NCBI GenBank assembly: GCA_043815505.1
Contig: JBDRIV010000002.1
Coordinates: forward strand, 246,943-310,942
DNA length: 64,000 bases
Direction of reading: 5' to 3'
DNA from: a bacterium
GTDB lineage: Bacteria > Patescibacteriota > JABMPQ01 > JBDRIV01
Numbering within the stretch: position 1 is the first letter of the stretch; each line of letters starts with the position of its first letter. The translations under genes and the position numbers were made by a program. Under the pieces are notes generated by a model. It was not told where the DNA came from and ran no database searches. It saw nothing but the letters and a program-made list of their open reading frames with translations. Shown one piece after another: positions 7,758 through 16,963 of this stretch.

Positions 7758-10632
7758 TATTGCTGTCAAGAAACTGAATCGCGAGCAAAGAAGGGCCGTA
7801 ACCGCAGGAGGTGGCCCACTTTTAATCGTGGCTGGCGCTGGTACTGGTAAAACGACAGTTATTACTCAACGTTTTGCTTGGCTTTTAAAAAACAAGAAAT
7901 TAGAACCAAAAAACATTTTAGCCGTAACTTTTACCGAAAAAGCGGCGGGAGAAATGGAGGAGCGCATCGATCAGCTTTTGCCACTGGGTTATTCTGATTT
8001 ATGGATTCACACTTTCCATGGCTTTGCTGATAGAGTTTTACGTTCTCATGCCTTAGAAATTGGCCTGGATCCATTTTATAAAGTTTTAACTCAATCCGAT
8101 CAGTGGCTTTTCTTACGCAAACATATTTTTGATTTCAACATTGATTATTATCGGCCCCTGGGCAATCCTACAAAATTCTTGCAGGAAATTATAAAACACA
8201 TTAGTCGTGCCAAAGATGAAAATGTTACGCCAGCAGATTATAAAAAGTATGCCAATACCAAACACAAAGATAAAGATGGAGAAGAAATAAAAAGATTAAA
8301 AGAAATTGCTCATATTTATGCCAAATATCAGCAAAAAATGGCCAAGGCTGGATTCTTGGATTTTGGTGATCTTATTATGTACACCATGAAGCTTTTTAAG
8401 AAACGACCCAACATTTTAAAAGAATACCAGCAACAATTTAAATATATTTTGGTTGATGAATTTCAGGATACTAACTGGGCGCAATACGCCATGATGAAGA
8501 TGATGGCGCGTCCAGAAAACAATCTAACGGTTGTAGGTGATGACGACCAAGCAATTTTCAGGTTCCGAGGAGCTTCCGTTTCCAATATTCTACAATTCGA
8601 AAAAGATTTTCCCAAAGCAAAAAAAGTTGTGATGTTGCAAAACTACAGATCCACGCAAGAAATTCTGGATTTAGCATATAAATCAATCCAGTTTAATAAT
8701 CCTGATCGCTTGGAAGAAAAATATGGTATTAATAAAAAATTGCAAGCGCAAAAAAAGGATGAGAAATCTGTAAACTGGATTCATAAAAAAACTATGGAAC
8801 AAGAGGCGGTGGCTGTGGTTGAGGAAATAATTAAATTGAATAAAAAGCAAAAATCTTGGAATAAATTTTGTATTTTGGTACGCGCTAATGCCACGGCTGA
8901 TGTATTTTTAGCAGCTCTTAGCAAAAATAACATTCCCTATCAGTTTTTAGCTTCACGCGGTTTGTATCAACGCTCAGAAATAATAGATATTATGTCCTAT
9001 CTTAGAGTGTTAGCAGATTTTTATGACAACATAAATTTGCTAAGAGTTTTATCAATTGAAGTATTTGATATTCATATTTCTGATATCACAAAAATAATTC
9101 ACTATGCCAAAAAGAAAAACATTCCCCTTATTGATGTTTTGTTGAATATCGATAAATATTTGAAACTATCAAGCGAAACTAATCAAAAAGTAAATAAAGT
9201 TACCAATTTAATTGAAGAGCACAGTAATTTGGCCAAAAATCGTCCCGCTTCAGAAATCTTGGTTCACTTTTTAGAAGATTCTGGTTACATGAAAGATTTG
9301 CGCTCTCAAGACACGCCAGAAAATGACGAAATAATTTTAAATATTGGTCAGTTTTTCAAACAAGTTCAAGAATATCAGCTGACGGGTAATACTTTCTTGG
9401 TGCGAGATTTTATTGCGGAAGTGGATTTAGCAATAGAAGGGGGCGAAGATCCAGCGCCAGTTGTGCCCATGGAAGGACCAGAAGCTGTAAAAATTATGAC
9501 CATTCACGCAGCTAAGGGTTTAGAGTTTCCAGTAGTTTTTGTAGCTTCAGTTGTGGAAGAAAGATTTCCAGTGCGTCGGCGTTCCGATCTTATTCCTCTG
9601 CCCAATGATTTTGTAAAAGAAATACTACCAGAAGGAGATGAACACTTGGAAGAAGAGCGGCGTTTGTTCTACGTTGCCTGCACTCGGGCTAAAGAAAAAC
9701 TTTATTTTACAACCGCTGAAGACTACGGTGGTAAGCGCAGTAAAAAAATATCACGTTTTTTATCTGAAATTTCAAAACCTTTGACAAAATTTGTGAAAGA
9801 AGTACCACCAAAATTATCTCCGAAAGAAAAAGAAGAGGCTCTAGGGTTCATAAAACCTGAAGCAGCTGTAATAGTTAAAAGAACGGGAACTAAATTTGAA
9901 ATTCCCAAAAAGTTTTCCTATTCTCAAATTAGAGATTTTAATGATTGTCCGTTACGTTATAAATTTAAATATCTGTTAAAAATTCCTCAACGAGGTTCTC
10001 AGGTTTTTTCTTATGGTCAATCTTTACACGGCACGTTGCGAAAGTTTCATGAACAAATAAAATTGGGCAAGCAGCCAAAGGAGGAAGACTTACATAAATA
10101 TTTAAATCAAGAATGGGTGGGTGATTGGTATTCTTCTCGGGCTCATGAAAGAAAAAGAAAAAAGGAAGCCAAGGACACCTTAAAAAAATATTATCAAGAC
10201 AACAAAAGTAATTTCAAAAAGCCAGTTTATTTGGAAAAAGGTTTTAGTGTAAAAATAAACAAAACTTCATTTTCAGGATTCATTGATCGCGTAGATGATT
10301 TAGGTAAAGGGAAAGTGGAGATTATTGATTACAAAACCGGTTCTATGCCAAAAGCCAAAGCAGATATTGAACAAGCGAAAAGACAGCTTTATATTTATGG
10401 TTTAGCTATGAAAGAAGTTTTCAAATTACAGCCAGAAAAAGTAACCCTTTATTATTTAGACAAAGGAGAACAGATTTCAGATTCATTATTGCCAGAGAGA
10501 ATGAAGATAGAAATGAAGGAATTAGTGACTACAACAAAGGAAATCAAGAAAAGTAAATTTAATCCCACACCTGGTTATATGATTTGTAAATATTGTGACT
10601 TTCGTGATATTTGCGAAGCGAGACATAGATAG
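7750..10632 (+). CDS. UvrD/PcrA-family helicase fused to C-terminal PD-(D/E)XK nuclease (AdnAB/AddAB-like)
   Basis: AGAGTGKT, VDEFQD, TIHAAKGLEF, EERRLFYVA; nuclease GFIDRVD..IIDYKTG with C...CxxC..C. Confidence 0.9.
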   Translation: MDNIAVKKLNREQRRAVTAGGGPLLIVAGAGTGKTTVITQRFAWLLKNKKLEPKNILAVTFTEKAAGEMEERIDQLLPLGYSDLWIHTFHGFADRVLRSHALEIGLDPFYKVLTQSDQWLFLRKHIFDFNIDYYRPLGNPTKFLQEIIKHISRAKDENVTPADYKKYANTKHKDKDGEEIKRLKEIAHIYAKYQQKMAKAGFLDFGDLIMYTMKLFKKRPNILKEYQQQFKYILVDEFQDTNWAQYAMMKMMARPENNLTVVGDDDQAIFRFRGASVSNILQFEKDFPKAKKVVMLQNYRSTQEILDLAYKSIQFNNPDRLEEKYGINKKLQAQKKDEKSVNWIHKKTMEQEAVAVVEEIIKLNKKQKSWNKFCILVRANATADVFLAALSKNNIPYQFLASRGLYQRSEIIDIMSYLRVLADFYDNINLLRVLSIEVFDIHISDITKIIHYAKKKNIPLIDVLLNIDKYLKLSSETNQKVNKVTNLIEEHSNLAKNRPASEILVHFLEDSGYMKDLRSQDTPENDEIILNIGQFFKQVQEYQLTGNTFLVRDFIAEVDLAIEGGEDPAPVVPMEGPEAVKIMTIHAAKGLEFPVVFVASVVEERFPVRRRSDLIPLPNDFVKEILPEGDEHLEEERRLFYVACTRAKEKLYFTTAEDYGGKRSKKISRFLSEISKPLTKFVKEVPPKLSPKEKEEALGFIKPEAAVIVKRTGTKFEIPKKFSYSQIRDFNDCPLRYKFKYLLKIPQRGSQVFSYGQSLHGTLRKFHEQIKLGKQPKEEDLHKYLNQEWVGDWYSSRAHERKRKKEAKDTLKKYYQDNKSNFKKPVYLEKGFSVKINKTSFSGFIDRVDDLGKGKVEIIDYKTGSMPKAKADIEQAKRQLYIYGLAMKEVFKLQPEKVTLYYLDKGEQISDSLLPERMKIEMKELVTTTKEIKKSKFNPTPGYMICKYCDFRDICEARHR

Positions 10633-10671
10633 CATATGGCTTATGGCTTGTAGCGAATGGCTAATGGCACG
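10630..10671 (+). repeat. Heptamer array (TRGCNNA)x6
   Basis: tagcata tggctta tggcttg tagcgaa tggctaa tggcacg, starting at the helicase stop codon. Confidence 0.75.
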
Positions 10672-10700
10672 GATTTGAGATGAAAATAATTGTATAATAC

Positions 10701-10896
10701 AAAAATTAAATATGGTGCGTAGCTAGCGAAGTGAAGCGAGCACGTGTTTCAACTAAAGAAAGTAATACAATTTGAATTTGGAGCGCATCCGCCAGCTGGC
10801 GGAGAGCACGGATTCAAATTGAGAGGACAAACAATGTGTAAGCTGAAGAGATTCAACCTGTTGAATTTCGTAAGCTGGAAAGTTGTTTGGACGAAG
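10701..10896 (+). repeat. Structured tRNA-upstream leader motif, copy 2 (with extra 5' hairpin)
   Basis: Homologous to 1648-1777 and 2676-2740; ends 1 nt before tRNA-Ala. Confidence 0.65.
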
Positions 10897-10897
10897 A

Positions 10898-10968
10898 GGG
10901 CTTGTAGCACAGTGGTAGTGCACCGCATTCGCATTGCGGAGACACGGGTTCGATTCCCGTCAAGTCCA
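10898..10968 (+). tRNA. tRNA-Ala (CGC)
   Basis: GGGCTTG...CAAGTCC-A with G3:U70; anticodon loop TTCGCAT. Confidence 0.9.
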
Positions 10969-11029
10969 TTTATTATACAATAAATCTTTACTACAATAGC
11001 CTTATATAAGCCTAATAGTGGCGTAGAGC

Positions 11030-11058
11030 TTGACAGGAATTATATTATGGTGTAGTAT
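11030..11058 (+). promoter_or_regulatory. Sigma70-type promoter
   Basis: TTGACA-17nt-TAGTAT upstream of ORF 11138. Confidence 0.6.
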
Positions 11059-11137
11059 TGGACATAAGTAATTTGTACCTAAATATCAAGTTTCAGGAAA
11101 ATGCTAAAGAAATCTAGCACAAACAAGGAGATCTATC

Positions 11138-11362
11138 ATGGCCAAAATGGTGCAGTGCATTGTGTGTATGGAAATGTATCGCGAAGGGAGTGGGCACATA
11201 AATCAACACAATAACATGGACATCGAGCTTGCGATCCTTCGCGAGCAAAAGACGACCGGAACTGTACTCAAAACACGGCGCCAGTTGTTCGAGGAGAACG
11301 CTTCTCAAAATGGCCGTCACGCCGGCTCGATCGGCCACACCGGCGACGACAGCGACCGTTAG
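11138..11362 (+). CDS. Small hypothetical protein with C-x2-C-x9-H-x3-H putative zinc finger
   Basis: AAGGAG SD, upstream promoter, downstream hairpin and T run; GC-richer than flanks. Confidence 0.55.
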   Translation: MAKMVQCIVCMEMYREGSGHINQHNNMDIELAILREQKTTGTVLKTRRQLFEENASQNGRHAGSIGHTGDDSDR

Positions 11363-11484
11363 GTCGCAGTCCATCAAATCCAGCCGTACCTTTCGAAAGG
11401 CGAACCGAGTACATCATGTGCACGGAACGCCTTTTTTCTTTGCCAAGATTTCTAAAATTTCTCAAAATAAGTTAAAATGTATTT

Positions 11485-12039
11485 ATGACAAACGAAACTA
11501 CATTTTTAATACTGCATGGTTATCAAGGCTCAGGAACAAAGCACTGGCAAACTTGGTTAGCATCAGAATTAGAAAAAGCTGGTAAACAAGTTTTGTATCC
11601 AGCTTTACCCAGTAAAGATCAGCCCAGTAAAAATGCTTGGCTACAAAAACTGACAGAAACCATAAAAGACATTGATTCCGAATCTTTGGTTGTTTTAGCT
11701 CACAGTATAGGTTGTTCGCTGTGGCTTCATTATGCAAATAAAAATATTACCAAAGTTCCTAAAATGGTTTATCTGGTTTCTCCCACCACACCTGACGATA
11801 GAGGAATTGAAGAAATAAGTTCTTTTTTCCCTTTACCAAAAATTAATCTGTTTCCCCAAAGAGAACATTATTTAATGGTTGCTTCGGACAATGATCCTTA
11901 TATGGATATAAAAGAATTTAAAAATTTGGAATTAAGTTTATCTATTCCATTTTTATTTATACCAGACGCTGGTCATATAAACGTGGATGCTGGATATGGT
12001 GAGTGGCCTTGGATTTTAGAAGAGTGTTTAAAACATTAA
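11485..12039 (+). CDS. RBBP9/YdeN-family alpha/beta hydrolase
   Basis: ILHG..HWQ, AHSIG nucleophile elbow, SDNDPY, AGHIN. Confidence 0.9.
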   Translation: MTNETTFLILHGYQGSGTKHWQTWLASELEKAGKQVLYPALPSKDQPSKNAWLQKLTETIKDIDSESLVVLAHSIGCSLWLHYANKNITKVPKMVYLVSPTTPDDRGIEEISSFFPLPKINLFPQREHYLMVASDNDPYMDIKEFKNLELSLSIPFLFIPDAGHINVDAGYGEWPWILEECLKH

Positions 12040-12104
12040 AGCAAAAGAAAACTCCGCCACAAATCATTTTTGTAGGAACGGAGTTTTTTATTGGGCACAG
12101 ATAT

Positions 12105-12194
12105 TTATTTGGTAAAAATGGAAAGAAGTAAGATTCCAGTGATGAAAATCACAACGGTACAGTCAGCACAAAAATCGAGGAGAGTGTATTTCAT
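12105..12194 (-). CDS. Small membrane peptide (29 aa)
   Basis: MKYTLLDFCADCTVVIFITGILLLSIFTK; GGAGG SD upstream. Confidence 0.4.
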   Translation of the reverse strand: MKYTLLDFCADCTVVIFITGILLLSIFTK

Positions 12195-12215
12195 AAATAT
12201 TCTACCTCCGAAGAT

Positions 12216-12344
12216 TTAGAAGACATGCACAGCAAAAATCCCAAAAACTTCATTTAACAGAATAAGTACAATAAAAATTAATAAACAAACACAACCAATT
12301 GCGTCACCAACATTTCTTTTCGATTTTTCTTTTTGCTCACTCAC
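12216..12344 (-). CDS. Small membrane peptide (42 aa)
   Basis: GTG start, MSEQKEKSKRNVGDAIGCVCLLIFIVLILLNEVFGIFAVHVF; TAAGGT SD-like; TTGACT-18-TAAAAT upstream. Confidence 0.4.
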   Translation of the reverse strand: MSEQKEKSKRNVGDAIGCVCLLIFIVLILLNEVFGIFAVHVF

Positions 12345-12454
12345 CACACTTACCTTAAATAAGCCAAAATGTGTACCTATGTTTAAATCTAAAGAGCATT
12401 TTTCAATATTTGAATTTTACCTTAAACTAGCTAAAAAAGTCAATTTATATCAAC

Positions 12455-12483
12455 TTGCCACGCTCCAAAAAACTTGGTAAAAT
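12455..12483 (+). promoter_or_regulatory. Sigma70-type promoter (extended -10) for the pheST operon
   Basis: TTGCCA-17nt-TAAAAT with TGn. Confidence 0.55.
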
Positions 12484-12515
12484 ACTCTTACAGTAAACTA
12501 AAATAAACATAAAAT

Positions 12516-12902
12516 ATGAGACTGAGAAGTTATTTAATAGGCATGGCGCTCGCAACTGCATTTTGTTCGTTTTCTTTTGGATTAATTCTATTCTATGTAG
12601 ATCCGAATGAATCGGGAATTGTGGGAGTCATTTCGTTTTATGCCAGCTTACTATTTGCCAGCATTGGAACATTTACCATTTTAGGTTTCTATTTACGCTT
12701 GTTTTTTTCCAAAAACGAAATAGTATTTGCCCATGTTGCACCAGCCTTCAGGCAAGCTGTACTACTCGCCTTAGCCTTAATCGGCTCGCTGTTACTGCAA
12801 GCGTTTCGTTTGTTAACTTGGTGGGATGCGGCCCTTCTCGTTTTAACTCTGGCGTTATTTGAATTTTATTTTTTATCAAGAAAAATAGGTGTTAAGAACT
12901 AG
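12516..12902 (+). CDS. Hypothetical 4-TM membrane protein
   Basis: 128-aa hydrophobic ORF at operon start. Confidence 0.7.
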   Translation: MRLRSYLIGMALATAFCSFSFGLILFYVDPNESGIVGVISFYASLLFASIGTFTILGFYLRLFFSKNEIVFAHVAPAFRQAVLLALALIGSLLLQAFRLLTWWDAALLVLTLALFEFYFLSRKIGVKN

Positions 12903-13260
12903 ATTAAAAAGAACTGTCATTGCCAGTTGTGTGAAAGTTCAAGAGCTTATTGGATCTGCTCAAAGAGAACAGATGTACAAAAAAGCTCTCACCTTTGATT
13001 TACGCAAAAATGGTTTTAAAGTAGATACCAACAAAAGATTTTCAGTTGGTATTAATGACGAAAATTTGTTTTATTACAATTTGGATTTGATTGTAAATGA
13101 AGAAATGATTATTAAAATTGCCGCCCATCCTGGTGAATTACCAAAAGAAATTGTGACAGAAGTTTTAAAGCAACAACAAATTTCCGATCTGCCTGTAGCT
13201 GTGGTGGTGAATTTTGCCAATACAGAATTAGATATTAGAATTTTTGAGAATGAAAAATGA
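12889..13260 (+). CDS. GxxExxY-family (PD-(D/E)XK fold) protein, degenerate
   Basis: G-SAQ-REQMYKKAL, DLIVNE, VVVNF pattern; E-x-K replaced. Confidence 0.6.
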   Translation: MLRTRLKRTVIASCVKVQELIGSAQREQMYKKALTFDLRKNGFKVDTNKRFSVGINDENLFYYNLDLIVNEEMIIKIAAHPGELPKEIVTEVLKQQQISDLPVAVVVNFANTELDIRIFENEK

Positions 13261-14296
13261 ACTAAATAAAATTCGTAAAGAAGCTAAAGAAAAAATATTT
13301 CAAGCTAAAAACGAAAAAGAATTGAATTCTTTGCGTGTTTTGTATTTGGGACGCAAAGGAGAAGTTAGCAAGTTGCTAAAATCCATTAGTCAATTGAATA
13401 AAACCGAGCGACCAAAAATGGGAGCAGCTATAAATGAATTAAAAACATTCATCCAAGAAACTTTAGCAGAAGCAGTAAGAGATTTGGAAATGGCTAAGTT
13501 TTCCCATTTGGCAAAAAGCGAAAGATTAGATGTTACAAAACCGGTAGGAAAAATAACTGGTGAAAATCATTTGGTTACAGACATGACTCATAAAATCTGG
13601 CAAACATTTCAATTGCTTGGTTTTAAAGTCGTGTTGGGGCCAGAGATAGAAACGGACGAAATGAATTTTAAAGCTTTAAATGTTCCGGACGATCATCCTG
13701 CTCGTGATATGCAAGACACTTTTTATTTATCAAATAATTTATTACTCAGAACTCACACTTCTTCTGTGCAAGGAAGAATTATGCAGAAAGAAGATCCACC
13801 ATTACGTGTAATTTCTACCGGCAAATGTTTTCGCCGTGATGATGACATGACGCACACGCCAATGTTCCACCAGTTTGAAGGTTTTGTGATTGATAAAAAT
13901 ATAACCATGGCCGATTTAAAAGGAACGCTCACGCAAGCCATGCGCCTTTTGTTAAACGACGACAAGTTGAAAGGTCGGTTCAGAATTTCTTATTTTCCTT
14001 TTGTAGAACCGGGAGCAGAATTTGATGTCACTTGCACAATTTGTGGAGGTAAGGGCCTACCCGCGGGCGCGGGGCGCGACCAGGGTTGTCGCACCTGCAA
14101 AGGAACTGGTTGGATTGAAATGGGCGGTTGCGGTATGGTGCATCCTAATGTATTGGAATATGTTGGTTATGAAAAAGGCAAATGGCAAGGTTTTGCGTTC
14201 GGATTTGGCATCGAAAGACCACTTATGATAAAACACAGAATTCCAGATTTGAGAATGTTTTACGAAAACGATATCAGATTTTTATCTCAATTTTAA
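13250..14296 (+). CDS. pheS: Phenylalanine-tRNA ligase alpha subunit
   Basis: HPARDMQDTFY, LLRTHTS, FPFVEP, FAFGFGIER. Confidence 0.98.
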   Translation: MKNELNKIRKEAKEKIFQAKNEKELNSLRVLYLGRKGEVSKLLKSISQLNKTERPKMGAAINELKTFIQETLAEAVRDLEMAKFSHLAKSERLDVTKPVGKITGENHLVTDMTHKIWQTFQLLGFKVVLGPEIETDEMNFKALNVPDDHPARDMQDTFYLSNNLLLRTHTSSVQGRIMQKEDPPLRVISTGKCFRRDDDMTHTPMFHQFEGFVIDKNITMADLKGTLTQAMRLLLNDDKLKGRFRISYFPFVEPGAEFDVTCTICGGKGLPAGAGRDQGCRTCKGTGWIEMGGCGMVHPNVLEYVGYEKGKWQGFAFGFGIERPLMIKHRIPDLRMFYENDIRFLSQF

Positions 14297-14298
14297 AG

Positions 14299-14402
14299 CC
14301 CGGTAGTACAATCCGGGTCAGAAAATAGAATAAGTCTTTCTATAAGTAATTAATTTATAAGATAGTCAAACATAATAATAATCATTAAATTGTACTACCG
14401 GG
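14299..14402 (+). mobile_element. Family A start-codon-anchored IR element (copy 1, before pheT)
   Basis: AAG|CCCGGTAGTACAA...TTGTACTACCGGG|ATG. Confidence 0.75.
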
Positions 14403-16826
14403 ATGATTGTTTCTCTTAACTGGTTAAAAGAATATACGGATTCAAAACTTCCAATTAACAAATTGGTAGAAGAATTAACTATGCGTTCAATTGAAGTTAA
14501 TAGTGTAACTAAATTGGGCAAATATTTGGATAAAATAATAATTGGTCAAGTTAAAGAAATGAAAAAACATCCTAACGCTGATCTACTTAATCTGGCTAAA
14601 GTTGATATTGGCAACAAAACTTTGGAAATTGTTTGTGGCGGCAAGAATTTAAAACCAGGACAAAAAGTAGCCGTAGCACAAGTTGGAGCTAAAGTAAATT
14701 TTGATGGCGAGGAATGTAAAATTTCCCCAACCAAAATTAGAGGAGTAGAGAGCATTGGTATGATTTGTTCGGCAAAAGAAATTGGTTTGAGTGATGAATC
14801 TGAAAATCCTAATAACGAACCGCGTATAATGGTGCTTAATGATGACGCACCGGTTGGAACTGAACTAAAAAAATATGGTAGCTTCAACGATAAAATTTTA
14901 GATTTAGATATTCAAGCCAATCGTTCTGATTTAATGGGGCACATTGGCATAGCTAGAGAAATTGCTGTTTTAAATAAACAGAAACTTTCTGTTCATGAAT
15001 ATAAATTGCCATCAACTGTCAATTCCAAGTTGCCTTTAAATATCTCTGTAACTGCCAAGGAATATGTACCACGTTATTCAGCGCTGATAATTTCTGGTTT
15101 AAAAAATATTGCTACTCCTAAATGGATGAAGGACAGACTGGAAGCAATCGGGCAGCGTAGTATTAATTATGTTGTCGATCTGACCAATTATTTGATGCAT
15201 GATACCGGCCAACCACTTCACGCCTTTGATTATGATAGAATTGCTGGTCACCAAATGACAGTTAGAGAAGCTGAGGAAGGAGAAGTAGTACAAACTTTGG
15301 ACGGTGAAAAAAGAAAATTGCAAAAAGGAATGCTCGTTATTACTGACGGCAAGGGTCTAATTGATCTAGCAGGAATTATGGGTGGTAAGAATAGCGAGGT
15401 TGATATCAATACTAAAACAATTGTTTTGCAAGCAGCAATTTTTGATCCTATTAGAATTAGAAAAACTTCTAGGTTGCTTGGACACAGAACTGACGCTGTT
15501 GCTCGTTATGAAAAATCAGTTGATGTTACCGGCACTTTAAATGTTTTAGCTAAAGCTTTAAATATAATTAAAAAAGATCAACCCGGAGCTAAGTTAGAAA
15601 AAATTATTGACCATGACCTTTCGACTTACCAAGAAAATGTAATAAAATTTGACTCAGCTATGGTGAAAAAATTAGGCGGAGTGGATGTTTCTAACAATGA
15701 AAGTAAAACAATTCTTACACAACTGGGAATGAAAGTGGCAGCCAAACAAAATTTATTGCACGTTACTGTTCCATCATTCAGATCAGACATTACTAAACAA
15801 GAAGATTTAGTTGAAGAAATATTAAGAATTTACGGTTATGATAAAATTCCTGAAACCAATTTGGTTCATGATACATCAGCTTCGCATTTAGACAAAGATT
15901 TAGAAGTAAAAAAAGCTATTCATTCATTTTTGTCTGCTCGAGGAGCATACGAAGTTATAAATTATTCTTTCGTTGGTAATAAAGAAGTTATAGATCTAGG
16001 ACTTGATCCCAATAAACATATTCGTATAACTAATCCAATTGATGAGCGCCAGAGCATAATGCGCTCGGAATTAATTTCGGGATTACTTAAAAACACTAAA
16101 GATAATTTACGCTTCCAAGAAAAGTTTTTTATTTATGAACTTGGTAATACTTTTATTCCGCAAACAGACGACGATGTCAGAGAAATTGAAATGTTAGCTG
16201 GAGTTTGTGCGATCGCAAACAGCGAAAAGAAAAAAGGAGAAGTATTTTATAAAGCCAAAGAGACAATTGAAGAATTACTTAATCATTTGAATTTTGAAGA
16301 TATAAGATTTGTTCCGAAAAACTTTTCTAAAGATGAAAAATCAGAAGATTATATTTATCATCCTGGACGCACAGCAGAAATTTGGGCAGGCAACAAATAT
16401 TTAGGTCTAATAGCTGAAGCTCATACCATTGCTTTGAAGAATTTTGGTATAAAAAGCCGAGTTGCAATTTTTGAATTAGAGCTGGAAAAACTAGTACCTT
16501 TAGCCATGAATTACAAAGTATATAAAGAAATCTCAAAATACCCTCCAATTTCCCTTGATTTAGCCTTTTTATTACCGCAAAAAACCTTGATTTCTGATGT
16601 AAAAAGTGCTATGCTTAAAGCAGGTAAACCTCTGCTTGTACAAGCAGATTTATTTGACGAATATTTTGGTCAGAGTGTTCCCCGAAGTGCAAAAAGCTTA
16701 GCTTTCCACTTGTATTTTCAAGACATGAAAAAAACTTTAAATGAAAATGATGTGGCCGGGGTTAAGAAAAATATTATAAGTGAATTAAAGAAATTATTTG
16801 GTGCAACCTTGCGCCAAAAAAAGTAA
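14403..16826 (+). CDS. pheT: Phenylalanine-tRNA ligase beta subunit
   Basis: HPNADLL, NRSDLMGHIGIARE, DLVEEILRIYGY, C-terminal FDX-ACB domain. Confidence 0.98.
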   Translation: MIVSLNWLKEYTDSKLPINKLVEELTMRSIEVNSVTKLGKYLDKIIIGQVKEMKKHPNADLLNLAKVDIGNKTLEIVCGGKNLKPGQKVAVAQVGAKVNFDGEECKISPTKIRGVESIGMICSAKEIGLSDESENPNNEPRIMVLNDDAPVGTELKKYGSFNDKILDLDIQANRSDLMGHIGIAREIAVLNKQKLSVHEYKLPSTVNSKLPLNISVTAKEYVPRYSALIISGLKNIATPKWMKDRLEAIGQRSINYVVDLTNYLMHDTGQPLHAFDYDRIAGHQMTVREAEEGEVVQTLDGEKRKLQKGMLVITDGKGLIDLAGIMGGKNSEVDINTKTIVLQAAIFDPIRIRKTSRLLGHRTDAVARYEKSVDVTGTLNVLAKALNIIKKDQPGAKLEKIIDHDLSTYQENVIKFDSAMVKKLGGVDVSNNESKTILTQLGMKVAAKQNLLHVTVPSFRSDITKQEDLVEEILRIYGYDKIPETNLVHDTSASHLDKDLEVKKAIHSFLSARGAYEVINYSFVGNKEVIDLGLDPNKHIRITNPIDERQSIMRSELISGLLKNTKDNLRFQEKFFIYELGNTFIPQTDDDVREIEMLAGVCAIANSEKKKGEVFYKAKETIEELLNHLNFEDIRFVPKNFSKDEKSEDYIYHPGRTAEIWAGNKYLGLIAEAHTIALKNFGIKSRVAIFELELEKLVPLAMNYKVYKEISKYPPISLDLAFLLPQKTLISDVKSAMLKAGKPLLVQADLFDEYFGQSVPRSAKSLAFHLYFQDMKKTLNENDVAGVKKNIISELKKLFGATLRQKK

Positions 16827-16860
16827 GGGGTCAATCTTTTGCTTTTTAAATTGAATTATG

Positions 16861-16963
16861 CCCGGTAGTACAAACCGGGTAAAAGAAAGAAATAATTCAT
16901 TTTGCAGAGAATCATAATAAAATAAGTATTAATTTATAAAAATCAGTAAGTTGTACTACCGGG
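16861..16963 (+). mobile_element. Family A element (copy 2, before gyrB)
   Basis: ATG|CCCGGTAGTACAA...TTGTACTACCGGG|ATG. Confidence 0.8.

Noticed and set aside
9900-10632. Cas4-like domain as evidence of CRISPR-Cas
   Set aside because: It is the C-terminal nuclease domain of a UvrD-type repair helicase.
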